Counted from the first letter of the stretch, positions 10,389 through 21,220 are shown. The stretch is DNA of 64,000 nucleotides from an uncultured beta proteobacterium (GCA_963732105.1 CAVSYL010000010.1:471290-535289); one strand, 5' to 3'. Program-made: numbers and translations. The notes: a model not told the origin generated them from the letters alone.

Positions 10389-11099
10389 TCAAAACACGAA
10401 GCGCTGCGGTTGCGCGGCGTTCTTGAGCGGTCCGATCACGGTTTCAAAAAGGTCCTCGGTCACGATCGCCCCGGGTGCGGTCCAGCGCAACAGGCGAGCA
10501 GTCATCACCGGCGTGTCGCCGACGACCGCAAACAGGCGCCCGCCGGGTTTGAGTTGCCGCAGCCAGGCCTCCGGCAGGATCGGCGTCGATCCGGTCAGCA
10601 CGACGGCGTCGTACATCGCGCTGCCGTAACCGCGCGCGCCATCACCCGTTTCGACGCGCGCTTTGTGGACGCCGCCGCGCTTGAGCTTCGCCTGCGCTTC
10701 GGCCGCGAGCCGCGGATTGATTTCGACGCTGGTCACGTCCGCCGCTCGAGCCGCGAGCAACGCCGTGAGATAGCCACTGCCGGTGCCGATTTCGAGCGCC
10801 GATTCGTCCGGCCGCAATGCCAGTTCCTGCACAACCCGCGCTTCCATCTTCGGCGTCCACATCCGCTCGCCATCGCCCAGCGGAATCTCGAGGTCGGCGA
10901 ACGCAAGCTCGCGAAAGGTGGGCGGCACGTAATCCTCGCGCCTGATGATGAACAGCAGGTCGAGCACATCCTGGTCGAGGACGTCCCAGGTGCGAATCTG
11001 CTGCTCGACCATGTTGAAACGTGCACGTTCGAAGGCGATATTGGTTGCCGATCTCGTCGGCGCATGGCCGGGCGCAGGTTGCAATGGCGTCATCATCAT
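10389..11099 (-). CDS. protein-L-isoaspartate O-methyltransferase-like protein
   Basis: The C-terminal 236 aa of the chimeric 648-aa ORF read 'FNMVEQQIRTWDVLD...ALEIGTGSGYLTALLA' (SAM-binding motif). A pcm-like gene next to tolC is a common arrangement. The exact start is uncertain. Confidence 0.8.
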   Translation of the reverse strand: MMMTPLQPAPGHAPTRSATNIAFERARFNMVEQQIRTWDVLDQDVLDLLFIIRREDYVPPTFRELAFADLEIPLGDGERMWTPKMEARVVQELALRPDESALEIGTGSGYLTALLAARAADVTSVEINPRLAAEAQAKLKRGGVHKARVETGDGARGYGSAMYDAVVLTGSTPILPEAWLRQLKPGGRLFAVVGDTPVMTARLLRWTAPGAIVTEDLFETVIGPLKNAAQPQRFVF

Positions 11100-11197
11100 C
11101 AGGACCTTGCAGCTCGTTTGTTCATGGTCAGGGAACGCATTTCGAATCCGCCAGTGATTCGCGGTCGGCGAAGTATCCAGCCCATTAGTATGGCACG

Positions 11198-14100
11198 TCA
11201 ATCGCCGGGCGCCGGGTGACTCTTCGGCGTCAATCGGCGCGCCGTGCGCCGAGCTTTCCACCGCTCCGACCAACCGGCCAGATACGTATAAATCACCGGC
11301 ACCACGACCAGCGTCAACAGCGTCGAGGTGATGACGCCGCCAATGATCGCGCGTCCCATCGGCGCCTGCGTCTCGCCGCTTTCGCCGAGTCCGAGCGCCA
11401 GCGGCAGCATGCCGCCGATCATCGCCGCCGTCGTCATCAGGATCGGACGCAGTCGTACCTGTCCCGCCTGTGCGAGCGCCTCGTTCAACGATGCGCCCGC
11501 GCGCCGCGCGCGATTGGCGAAATCGACGAGCAGGATCGCGTTCTTGGTGACCAGTCCCATCAGCATGATGAGACCGATGATCGAAAAGATATTCAGCGTC
11601 GTTCCGGTGAGGAGCAGTGCGAGGAAAACGCCGATAAGCGAAAACGGCAGCGACGCCATGATCGCGATCGGCTGCGTGAAGCTCGCGAACTGAGAAGCGA
11701 GAATCAGGTAGATGAAAATGACGGCGAGACCAAGCGCCGCTAGTGCGGCTTGAAAGGACTCGCGCATGTCCTTGGCTTGACCGCCCACATCGAAACGATA
11801 GCCGGCAGGAAGCGTGGTCGCCTTGATCAGCCGCGCGACGTCGTCGTTGACATCGCCCGAAGGCCGTCCTTCGGCATTGGCATAGAGGGCGACGCGGCGC
11901 TGCAAATCCTGGCGCTTGATCAGTTGCGGACTGGTGGTCTCGACGATTTCGGCAACCTGGCGCAACGGCACCATGCGCGCGGTCCCGTCGGGCCCGGTGC
12001 GATTGCTGGTCAGATACAAGTTGCCCAGATCCGCGGCGATCTGTCGCCGGTCCCTCGGCAATTGCACGTTGACTTCGTAGTTCTGCCCATCGGGTGCCAT
12101 CCAATAGCTCACCGTGTCGCCGGCGAGCAGTGGCCGCACCGTGGCGCCGACCTGCTGCACGTTGATACCGAGATCCGCTGCGGCGTCGTTGTTGAGACGA
12201 ATCGACAGCGCGGGATTGCGCGCCTTTTCCGATATCTCGAGGTCGGCGATGCCCGGGATTTTGGCAACCTGAGTCGCGAACTGGGTGATCAACGGTGTCA
12301 GCATTTCCGGATCGGGCCCAAGCAGGTTGACCCATACCGGCCGGTCGAAGCCGATGGCCAATTCGATGCCGGGAATCGGTTTGAGCGCCTTCCGGATCGC
12401 GCGCTCAATCTCTTTCTGCGACCGGTCGCGCGCGGAACGCTCGCTGAGTCGCAAATTGACGCGCGCATAGTTGCGGCCGTCGTTGGTGCCGACGGTCGTC
12501 ATCACCAGAGCGACTTCGGGAAAGCGCCTTGAGCGCTTCCTCGACCTGCTGCACCTTGCTGTCGGTGTACTCGAGGCTCGACCCGACAGGGGTGTTGAGT
12601 CGCAGCGAAATGAATCCCTGATCCGTGTCGGGGACGAATTCGGTGCCGACCAGCGGAACTACCAGAAAACTGGCACCGAACGTCGCCAGCGCGATCGCGA
12701 GCACCTTGATGCGATGCGCCAGTGCCCATTCGAGCACGCGTCCATACGCGACATGGATCCAGTCGACGCCATGCTCGACGCGGTCCATCAAGCGGCCGAG
12801 CCAGGGCACGCGCGCAAAGCGTTCGCCGACCGGATCCTGCCAGACGGACGACAGCATCGGGTCCAGCGTGAAGCTCACGAACAGGCTGACCAGCACCGCG
12901 ACCGTGACGGTCAGGCCGAATTGAAGGAAGAACTGTCCGATGATGCCGCTCATGAACGCTATCGGGACGAACACGGCGATGATCGCAAAGGTCGTCGCCA
13001 TGACCGCGAGACCGATTTCGTCGGTGCCTTCGCGGGCCGCAGTCACATGATCCTTGCCGAGCGCGAGATGCCGCACGATGTTCTCGCGCACCACGATCGC
13101 GTCATCGATCAGCAGGCCGATGCACAGCGAAAGCGCCATCAGCGTCATGAAATTGAGCGTAAAGCCGAACGCATAGAGTGCGATGAATGTCGCAACGACC
13201 GCGATCGGCAGCGTGAGGCCGGTGATGATGGTACTGCGCCACGAATGCAGGAACACGAAGACGATGAGGACCGTGAGCAAGGCGCCCTCGACGATCGTTT
13301 CCTTGACGCGATCGACGCTGCGCTTGGCCGCGTCCGCGGTGGAATAGACTACGCGCAGGTCGACGTCCGGCGGTAGCCTCGCCTTGAGCGCCGCGACGGC
13401 GTCGGCGACGCCTTGCCCGGTCTCGATGATGTTCGCATCCTGCGCCTTCTGCAGGTCGAGGGTGATCGAGCGATGGCCGTTGATCCGGGCGAGCGACGTT
13501 TCCTCCTTCTCGCCGTCGATCACGTCGGCGACTTGCGACAGGTACACCGGCGCACCGCCCTGCTGCGCGACGATGATCCGGCCGAACTGCGCGGGCTCCT
13601 TGATCTTGCCTTCGACGCGCACGATCGAGTCCTGCGCGCCGTGCGTGATGAGTCCCGCCGGTACGTCCTGATTCGCATTGCGAATCGCCGCGACCACCTG
13701 ATCGACGCCGATCCCGAATGCCGTCAGCGCGTTAGGCTTGATCTGCGCCAGGATCTGCCGTGTCACCCGGCCATTGACGTCGATGCTGGCAACGCCCGGT
13801 ACGTTTTCGAGGCCCTTGACGATCACCTGATCGGTGAGTGACGTGAGCTCGCGCAAGTCCATGCTCGACGACAGGACCGCGAGCGATACGACCGGCTGCT
13901 GGTTCTCCTGATCGGCGCGAACGACGAGCGGATCCTTCACGTCGCGCGGAAACCCCGGTTTCGCCTGCGCGATCTTGTCGCGCACATCCTGCATGGCGCG
14001 GGTCATGTCGGTGCCCAGCCTGAATTCCGCGAAGACCTGGCTTTGGCCCTCGAGCGATGTCGAGCGAATCGTCTTCACGCCCGCGACCGTGTTGATCCCG

Positions 14101-14306
14101 TACTCGATCGGCTTGGTGACGTCGGTTTCGACCACCTCGGGCGAGGCGCCGGGATAACTGGTCACCACGAACACGAAGGGCAGGCTCACGTCGGGCATCT
14201 GCTCGACCCGCAGTCGCGCATACGAAAAGATGCCGAGCACGGTGATGCCGACCATCACCATGGTCGCGAACACCGGATTGTTGATCGATACGCGCGTGAT
14301 CCACAT
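11198..14306 (-). pseudogene. RND (HAE1/AcrB-family) efflux permease, reading frame broken once near 12518-12530
   Basis: ORF 12405..14378 carries the N-terminal ~594 aa ('MWITRVSINNPVFATMVMVG'). ORF 11198..12505 carries the C-terminal ~435 aa. The join reads 'QVEEALKA|FPEVALVMTTVGTNDG' if one base is removed. Confidence 0.85.
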
Positions 14307-14319
14307 CGGCGAGCTCCTG

Positions 14320-15486
14320 CTAGCCGGCGCCCGCGGGTTTGGCCGGCACGGTCGTGCGCATGACGGCCGGGCCACCATCCTTGAGGTTGTCGAAGCGTGC
14401 GGCGAGCACTTGCGTCTCGGCAGGCAGCGCCGACTTGATTTCCACGCGCGCCGTGGCCTCGTCGCGCCGGCCGAGCGACACGCTGCGGCGGATCAGCTTG
14501 CCGCCGTCGATGGTCCAGACGAACGTCTGCCCGGCCTCGGTCCGGATCGCGGTGACGGGCAGCGTTGGCACGGGCACGCCCGCGGCGAGTCGGATGCGTC
14601 CGGTGGCGAACATGCCGCCCCGCAGTGCGGCGTCGGGATTGGGGATCTGCACGAAGACCAGGATCGCGCGCGTGCCCGCTTCGGTCATCGGATTGATGCG
14701 CTCCACTGAACCGGCGAACGATCGGTCACCGAACCCGTCGATCGAAAGTTCGACCGCCATGTCGGCCCTGATCTCGGGGATGTCATTGGCTGGAACCATC
14801 GCCTGCAATTCCATCTTCCCGAGATCGACGATGGTAAACAGCGGCGAGTCGAAATTCACCTTCTCGCCTGGCTGCACGTGGCGCTTGGCCAGCGTGCCCG
14901 ACAACGGCGCCGTCACCACGGCGTCGCGCAACGCGTTGCGCGCCAGTTGCACCTGCGCCTCGAACGACTTCAGCGTGCCTTGCGTAACTGAAAGGTTGCT
15001 TTCGGCGCTGTCGTAAGCGTTCTGGGAAATGAAACCCTGCTTGAGCAACGCGTGATTCTGGCTGCGCGTCTTTTCGGCGAGCGCCATTTGCGCGCGGCTC
15101 GCCTCGAGCGCACCGATGCGGTCGGTAAGCCTGGCTTCGAGATCGGCGGTGTCGAAGCGGGCCAGCACCTGGCCGGCCTTGATGGACTCGCCGTCGCGCA
15201 CCAGGACTTGACGAATTTCGCCCGAGACCTTCGCTTTGACCGTCGTCTGATTGACGGGCTGCAACGTTCCGGAGAGCGGCAACCAGCGCGCCAGTTCCCG
15301 CGCCTCGATCTTGACCACGTCGGCCGCGGTGAACTCGAGCGTGACCGGCGGTCCGCCCGCCCCGGTGGAAGCTTCGGCAGCCGCCTTTTTTGCCACCCGC
15401 AACGCGATGCCGCCAGCGATGCCTCCGACGACGAGGATCGTCAATAGCGCGCCGAGCGCGCGACGCCACGTATACCAACCTGCCAT
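14320..15486 (-). CDS. RND efflux periplasmic adaptor (membrane fusion protein)
   Basis: 388 aa with an N-terminal TM anchor and HlyD/AcrA-like coiled-coil and barrel regions. It lies directly upstream of the RND permease. Confidence 0.85.
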   Translation of the reverse strand: MAGWYTWRRALGALLTILVVGGIAGGIALRVAKKAAAEASTGAGGPPVTLEFTAADVVKIEARELARWLPLSGTLQPVNQTTVKAKVSGEIRQVLVRDGESIKAGQVLARFDTADLEARLTDRIGALEASRAQMALAEKTRSQNHALLKQGFISQNAYDSAESNLSVTQGTLKSFEAQVQLARNALRDAVVTAPLSGTLAKRHVQPGEKVNFDSPLFTIVDLGKMELQAMVPANDIPEIRADMAVELSIDGFGDRSFAGSVERINPMTEAGTRAILVFVQIPNPDAALRGGMFATGRIRLAAGVPVPTLPVTAIRTEAGQTFVWTIDGGKLIRRSVSLGRRDEATARVEIKSALPAETQVLAARFDNLKDGGPAVMRTTVPAKPAGAG

Positions 15487-15721
15487 AGCCCCATCTCTCC
15501 CTGCGGGCGGGCATTGTGTGCCCGCGCTTCTTCCGATGGAGCGCTACCAAGGGGATCGATCCCTGGCGGTGCGCTCCCGCCCCTCCGACATCCTGTTAGA
15601 TGCGGTCGCGTCCCGCGCGGATTCGGTAATTCACGCCGACGCGCGGCACCGAGCGGCTCATACCTGTGGGCCCTTGGTGCAGCTAGGCTGGCGCAAGCCT
15701 TTTGCGTCTGGGCATAGCAAA

Positions 15722-15750
15722 TTGACATTGACCGGCGGGGACGTAATAAT
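15722..15750 (+). promoter_or_regulatory. sigma70-like promoter candidate for the livK-like gene
   Basis: TTGACA (15722-15727), a 17-nt spacer, then AATAAT (15745-15750), about 65 nt upstream of the ATG at 15818. Confidence 0.45.
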
Positions 15751-15817
15751 ACTCTGTTGCTCCCGCCTCTTTCTGCCCTTTTCACGCACTTTGACGACCC
15801 CTTTTCGGAGACACACC

Positions 15818-17124
15818 ATGAAATTCAACCGCTCGCTCGGTCTGACGCTTATCGCGGCCGCGCTTGTAACCGTCTACGGCTGCGGCAAGGAAGAGCCGAA
15901 GACGGCAGCCGCCCCTGCGGCGCCCGCCGCGCCCGCCGCGCCCGCCATCCCCGAAGTCACGGTCAAGATCGGCCACGCGGCACCGACCACCGGGCCACAA
16001 GCGCACCTGGGCAAGGACAACGAGAATGGCGCCCGCATGGCCGTCGATGACGCCAACGCCCTGAACATCGTGATCGACGGCAAGAAGATCAAGTTCGAGC
16101 TCGATGCGCAGGACGACCAGGCCGATCCCAAGCAGGGGACGATCGTGGCTCAGAAGCTCGTCGATGACAAAGTCGCCGGCGTGGTCGGCCACCTGAATTC
16201 GGGCACCTCGATTCCGGCCTCGAAGATCTACAACGACGCCGGCATTCCGATGATTTCGCCCTCGGCGACCAACCCCAAGCTGACCTTACAAGGCTTCAAG
16301 AACGTGTTCCGCGTAATGGCGAACGACGTGCAGCAGGGCAGCGTCATCGGCAAGGCGGCGGTCGAGACGCTAGGCGGCAAGAAGGTCGCGATCATCGACG
16401 ACAAGACCGCGTACGGCGCGGGCCTCGCTGACGAAACGGAAAAGGCTGCGAAGGCCGCGGGCGCGACCATCGTCGCGCGCGAGTATACCAATGACAAGGC
16501 CACCGACTTCAAGGCCATCCTGACCAAGATCAAAGCCAAGAATCCGGACGTGATCATGTACGGCGGCATGGACGCGCAGGGCGGACCGATGGTCAAGCAG
16601 ATGAAGGAACTTGGCATCAAGGCGAAGTACATCGCCGGCGACGGCGTGTGCTCGGCCGAGTGGCCCAAGCTCGCAGGCGGCGCTGCCGAAGGCCAATATT
16701 GCACGCAGGCAGGCCTGCCTCCGGAAAAATGTCGAGAGCGGATGACTTCGTGAAGCGCTTCACTGCGAAGTACGGCCCGATCCAGGTCTACGCGCCGTAT
16801 TCGTACGACGCCACGAACACACTGATCTGGGCGATGGAAAAGGCCCAGTCGACCGATCCGGCGAAGTACCTGCCCGCGCTCGCCACGCTCTCCCACGACG
16901 GCATCACCGCGACGATCGAGTTCGACGAACACGGCGATACGAAGAACGGCGCGATCACGCTCTACACCGTGAAGGATGGCAATCTCGTGCCGATGGCGAT
17001 CAACGTCGCCGGCAAGACCGAGAAGGTTGACGCTGCCCCTGCAGCCGCGCCAGCTGCAGCGCCTGCCATGGCACCTGCCCCAGCGCCCGCCATGGCGCCG
17101 ATGAAGGAAGAGCCGAAGAAGTAA
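15818..17124 (+). pseudogene. LivK/LivJ-type branched-chain amino acid ABC substrate-binding lipoprotein, frame broken at the A5 run 16725-16729
   Basis: 'MKFNRSLGLTLIAAALVTVYGC' lipoprotein-like signal, then a type I periplasmic binding fold. The frame-1 ORF ends at 16753. The rest ('MSRADDFVKRFTAKYGPIQVYAPYSYD') continues in ORF 16648..17124. One extra A would restore 'PPEKMSRADDF'. Confidence 0.85.
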
Positions 17125-17149
17125 CGATCCAGAGCAACTGCCCGAACGA

Positions 17150-17177
17150 AACGGCGCCCAGCAGGCGCCGTTTTTTT
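17150..17177 (+). terminator. rho-independent terminator candidate after the livK-like gene
   Basis: AACGGCGCC-cagca-GGCGCCGTT stem followed by a T7 run. Confidence 0.6.
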
Positions 17178-17286
17178 GTCTACAACGTTTGCCGCCAGTC
17201 GGGGATTGCCCCGAAGCACTGCGCAGTGGAGAATCCAGCTTGAGCCCGGACCGACCGCGGGCGCCGCCGCGCCGCAAAGGGACCGA

Positions 17287-18282
17287 GTGGACACATTCCT
17301 GCAGCAACTCATCAATGGTCTGACGCTGGGCAGCGTGTACGCTCTGGTCGCGCTCGGCTACACGATGGTCTACGGCATCATCGGACTGATCAACTTCGCC
17401 CATGGCGAGGTCGTGATGATCGGTGCCATGGTGGCACTGTCGGTGATCACCGCCCTTGTCGGCGCGCACTTGCCGATTCCGGCAGTGTTCATCATCATTG
17501 CCGGGCTATTCGTTGCCATCGTCGTCTGCATGGCGATCGCCTTCAGCATGGAAAAGATCGCCTATCGGCCGCTGCGCAAGGCGCCTCGCCTGGCACCTCT
17601 GATCACCGCGATCGGCATGTCGATCATCCTGCAGAACGTCGCGCTGATGATCTGGGGCCGCAATTACCTCACGTTCCCGCCGCTGTTCGAGCCGACGCCG
17701 TACAACATCTTCGGCGCGTCCATGACCGATCTGCAGATGGTGATCGTCGCGATGGCGGGGCTGCTGATGGCCGGACTGGTATTCGTCGTGCAGCGCACCC
17801 GCTTGGGCATGGCGATGCGCGCGACCGCGCAGAACCCGCAGGTCGCGGGCTTGATGGGCATCGACATCAACGTAGTCATCTCCGCCGCGTTCGTGATCGG
17901 CGCTGCACTTGCGGCAGTTGCGGGCCTGATGGTCATGAGCTACTACGGCATCGCGCACTACTACATGGGTTTTCTGCTCGGCCTGAAGGCATTTACCGCC
18001 GCGGTGCTGGGCGGCATCGGCAACCTCGCGGGCGCGATGCTTGGCGGCATTCTGCTGGGTATCATCGAAGCGCTTGGCGCCGGCTACATCGGCGACGTCA
18101 CCAACATCTGCGGCTTTCCGTGGCTCAGCGACTCGATGCAGCAGCAGTGCGTCGCACAGGATGGTCAGGTGCCGATGTTCGGCAGCAACTACCAGGATGT
18201 GTTCGCGTTTTTCGTGCTGATCCTGGTGCTGATCTTCCGGCCTTCGGGGTTGCTGGGCGAGCGCGTGGCGGATAGGGCATGA
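17287..18282 (+). CDS. livH: branched-chain amino acid ABC transporter permease
   Basis: GTG start gives 'VDTFLQQLINGLTLGSVYALVALGYTMVYG', the canonical LivH N-terminus. The upstream part of ORF 17176..18282 is non-homologous. Confidence 0.85.
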   Translation: MDTFLQQLINGLTLGSVYALVALGYTMVYGIIGLINFAHGEVVMIGAMVALSVITALVGAHLPIPAVFIIIAGLFVAIVVCMAIAFSMEKIAYRPLRKAPRLAPLITAIGMSIILQNVALMIWGRNYLTFPPLFEPTPYNIFGASMTDLQMVIVAMAGLLMAGLVFVVQRTRLGMAMRATAQNPQVAGLMGIDINVVISAAFVIGAALAAVAGLMVMSYYGIAHYYMGFLLGLKAFTAAVLGGIGNLAGAMLGGILLGIIEALGAGYIGDVTNICGFPWLSDSMQQQCVAQDGQVPMFGSNYQDVFAFFVLILVLIFRPSGLLGERVADRA

Positions 18283-18513
18283 GCGCGTCGGGCAACGCCA
18301 AGACCCGCAGGGCCGTCGACGCGCGATTGCCCGTGGCGCGACACGCCGATGCAAGCATATCGCGCGAGCGTGCGAGCGAGGCCACTGCATGAGCGCGTCG
18401 GGCAACGCCAAGACCCGGCAGGGCCGTCGACGCACGATTCGCCCGTGGCCGACACGCCGATGCAAGCATATCGCGCGGCGTGCGAGGAGGCCACTGCGAT
18501 GAGCGCGACGGGC
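18278..18513. repeat. tandem repeat, ~110-bp unit x ~2.2, in the livH-livM spacer
   Basis: Unit 1 is 18278-18387 and unit 2 is 18388-18496; they differ at roughly half a dozen positions and indels. A partial third unit spans 18497-18513. Unit 1 starts on the livH stop codon. Confidence 0.85.
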
Positions 18514-18569
18514 CGCCCCGAGCGCCTCGGTGGCCAATGCGCTGGCGCGCGCAGCGCGAAGGCGCGTCA

Positions 18570-19643
18570 ATGACCCGTCGCAAAAAAGCGATCCCGCCGC
18601 GAGCATGGATCGGCGTCGCGCTGGTCGCGCTCGCGCTCGCGCTGCTTCCGTTCGCTGCCGCGATCGTCGGACAGGCGTGGGTCCGCATACTGAATTTCGC
18701 GATGCTCTACATCATGCTGGCACTCGGCCTCAATATCGTCGTCGGGTTCGCTGGCCTCCTCGACCTCGGTTACATCGCGTTCTACGCCGTCGGGGCGTAC
18801 GTCTACGCCCTGCTCGCGTCGCCGCACTTCGGACTGCACCTGCCGTTCTGGGTGATCCTGCCGCTCGGTGCCGGAATCGCATGCCTGTTCGGCGTTCTTC
18901 TCGGCGCACCGACGCTCAAGCTTCGCGGCGACTACCTGGCCATCGTGACGCTGGGGTTCGGCGAGATCATCCGCATCTTCATGAACAATCTCAATGCGCC
19001 GATCAACATCACCAACGGTCCGCAGGGCATCAACCTGATCGATCCCTTCCACATCGGCAACCTTTCGCTCGGACGCGCCGATACACTGCTCGGTGTCCAG
19101 TTTTCAGGTCCGCAAAAATACTATTACGTGCTGCTGCTGATCACGATCGGCGTGATCGTGATCAACCTGCGCCTCCAGAATTCGCGGCTCGGCCGTGCAT
19201 GGGAAGCGATCCGCGAAGACGAGATCGCGGCGAAAGCGATGGGCATCAACACGCGCAACGTCAAGCTGCTCGCGTTTGCGATGGGGGCGTCCTTCGGCGG
19301 CGTCGCGGGTGCGATATTCTCGGCGACACAGCAGTTCGTGAGCCCGGAGAGCTTCGGGCTCTTCGAGTCGGTCATCGTGTTGGCCATGGTCGTGCTCGGC
19401 GGCATGGGCCACATTCCCGGCGTCATCCTCGGCGCCATCCTGTTGACGCTGCTGCCCGAGGTCCTGCGCTATACGATGGAGCCACTGCAGCACGCGCTAT
19501 TTGGACGAGTGTTCATCGACGCGGAGATAATTCGTCTGCTGGTGTTCGGTATCGCGCTGGTCGCGATCATGCTCTACCGGCCGGCGGGGCTGTGGCCGTC
19601 GGCGGTACGCAAGCGCGAACTCGAGACCGGCATCGCGAAATGA
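18570..19643 (+). CDS. livM: branched-chain amino acid ABC transporter permease
   Basis: Internal Met 'MTRRKKAIPPRAWIG...' followed by 'MLYIMLALGLNIVVGFAGLLDLGYIAFYAVGAY'. The stop overlaps the livG start. Confidence 0.85.
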   Translation: MTRRKKAIPPRAWIGVALVALALALLPFAAAIVGQAWVRILNFAMLYIMLALGLNIVVGFAGLLDLGYIAFYAVGAYVYALLASPHFGLHLPFWVILPLGAGIACLFGVLLGAPTLKLRGDYLAIVTLGFGEIIRIFMNNLNAPINITNGPQGINLIDPFHIGNLSLGRADTLLGVQFSGPQKYYYVLLLITIGVIVINLRLQNSRLGRAWEAIREDEIAAKAMGINTRNVKLLAFAMGASFGGVAGAIFSATQQFVSPESFGLFESVIVLAMVVLGGMGHIPGVILGAILLTLLPEVLRYTMEPLQHALFGRVFIDAEIIRLLVFGIALVAIMLYRPAGLWPSAVRKRELETGIAK

Positions 19644-20431
19644 CAAAACTCAGCCTGCTCGCCGCCAAGGGCATCAGCAAGCGCTTCGGCGGAGTGCACG
19701 CGCTTACCGACGTCGATTTCACGATCAATCACGGCGAGATCTACGGGTTGATCGGGCCGAACGGTGCCGGAAAAACATCGTTGTTCAATGTGCTGACCGG
19801 CATCTACGAGGCGGACGGTGGCACCTTCAACTTCGATGGCGAACCACTCGACCGGCTCAAGCCGAATCAAGTTGCGGAGCGCGGCATTGCGCGCACCTTC
19901 CAGAACATTCGGCTGTTCCAGAATTTGTCGGCCCTCGAAAACGTGATGATCGGCCGCCACGTGCGCACGCACGCCGGCGTCTTCGGCGCGATCATACGCG
20001 ACAAGGCGACGCTTGCCGAAGAAGCCGCGATCGAAAAGCGCGCCTATGAGTTGCTCGATTACGTCGGCGTCGCGAAGCGCGCGAACGACCAGGCGCGGCA
20101 CCTCGCCTATGGCGACCAGCGCCGTCTCGAAATTGCGCGCGCGCTCGCCACCGAGCCCAAACTGCTCGCCCTCGACGAGCCCGCCGCCGGGATGAACGCC
20201 ACCGAAACGCAGACGCTCAAGGCTCTGCTGGAAAACATCCGTCGCGACGGCACGACCATCCTGCTGATCGAGCACGACATGAAGCTGGTGATGAATGTGT
20301 GCGATCGCGTGCTCGTGCTCGACTACGGAAGAAAGATTGCGGAGGGCAGCGCTCGCGACGTACAGAACGACCCCAAAGTCGTTGCCGCGTACCTCGGTGG
20401 AGAAGTCTCACTGAACCTCAAGGGTGCGTGA
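19640..20431 (+). CDS. livG: branched-chain amino acid ABC transporter ATP-binding protein
   Basis: 'MTKLSLLAAKGISKRFGGVHAL...GLIGPNGAGKTS' Walker A, an LSYGDQRRLEIARAL-type signature and Walker B 'LLALDEPAAG'. It is the last 263 aa of the artefactual 633-aa ORF. Confidence 0.9.
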   Translation: MTKLSLLAAKGISKRFGGVHALTDVDFTINHGEIYGLIGPNGAGKTSLFNVLTGIYEADGGTFNFDGEPLDRLKPNQVAERGIARTFQNIRLFQNLSALENVMIGRHVRTHAGVFGAIIRDKATLAEEAAIEKRAYELLDYVGVAKRANDQARHLAYGDQRRLEIARALATEPKLLALDEPAAGMNATETQTLKALLENIRRDGTTILLIEHDMKLVMNVCDRVLVLDYGRKIAEGSARDVQNDPKVVAAYLGGEVSLNLKGA

Positions 20432-21164
20432 CTTGGCGCAGAGCAAGTCGCTGCTCGAACTCAAGAGCCTGAAGGTCGCCTACGGTGGCATTCAAGCCGT
20501 CAAAGGCATCGATCTTGCGGTTGGCGAGGGCGAACTCGTATGTCTGATCGGCGCGAATGGCGCCGGCAAGACCACGACACTCAAAGGCATCACCGGGTTG
20601 CAACCGGTCAAGAGCGGCTCGATCCACTATGCAGGGGAGAACATCACCGGCAAGCCGGCGTTCCAACTGGTGCGCAAGGGGCTGTCGATGGTGCCCGAAG
20701 GCCGCGGGGTTTTCGGTGCGCTTACCATCGAGGAGAATCTTGCGATGGGGGCCTACACACGCGACGATCACGCCGCGATCCGCACCGACATCGAGCGCGT
20801 CTACACGCTGTTCCCGCGCCTGAAAGAACGACGCAAGCAGACGGCGGGCACGCTCTCCGGCGGCGAACAGCAAATGCTCGCCATGGGCCGCGCGATGTTG
20901 TCGCGGCCCAAGCTCCTGCTCCTGGACGAGCCCTCCATGGGCCTCGCGCCGCTGATGGTTCAAAAGGTGTTCGAGACTGTGATCGCAATTGCCAAGGAAG
21001 GCGTCACGATCCTGCTGATCGAACAGAACGCGAAGCTCGCGCTCGAAGTCAGTGATCGCGGTTACGTTATGGAAAGCGGTGAAATTACATTGTCCGGAGA
21101 TGCGAAGCAGCTGCTCTCCAACCCCAAGGTACGCGAGGCGTACCTCGGCGAAAATTCCGCCTAG
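20424..21164 (+). CDS. livF: branched-chain amino acid ABC transporter ATP-binding protein
   Basis: 246 aa with a GTG start, 'LIGANGAGKTTTL', 'LSGGEQQMLAMGRA' and 'LLLLDEPSMGLAP'. Confidence 0.9.
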   Translation: MRDLAQSKSLLELKSLKVAYGGIQAVKGIDLAVGEGELVCLIGANGAGKTTTLKGITGLQPVKSGSIHYAGENITGKPAFQLVRKGLSMVPEGRGVFGALTIEENLAMGAYTRDDHAAIRTDIERVYTLFPRLKERRKQTAGTLSGGEQQMLAMGRAMLSRPKLLLLDEPSMGLAPLMVQKVFETVIAIAKEGVTILLIEQNAKLALEVSDRGYVMESGEITLSGDAKQLLSNPKVREAYLGENSA

Positions 21165-21220
21165 AAGGCCGGCCTCTGGAACCGCCGGTTGCACTCGCCA
21201 CCGCCCATGCGCCCCGCGCG

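Noticed and set aside
10389-12335. 648-aa ORF spanning the pcm-like gene and the 3' half of the RND gene
   Set aside because: Only the last 236 aa resemble a real protein (the methyltransferase). The upstream part is Arg/Gly-rich and lies out of frame over the RND coding sequence. This is a typical high-GC read-through.
15900-15950. Short GC-rich repeats (GCGCCCGCC x3 here, and similar ones in the aceF and lpd linkers) as possible CRISPR or other interspersed repeats
   Set aside because: They are in-frame codon repeats encoding Ala/Pro linkers, with no spacer architecture.
18530-20431. 633-aa ORF covering livM and livG
   Set aside because: The first ~370 aa are an Arg/Pro-rich alternative frame of livM. 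Only the part from 19640 onward is LivG.
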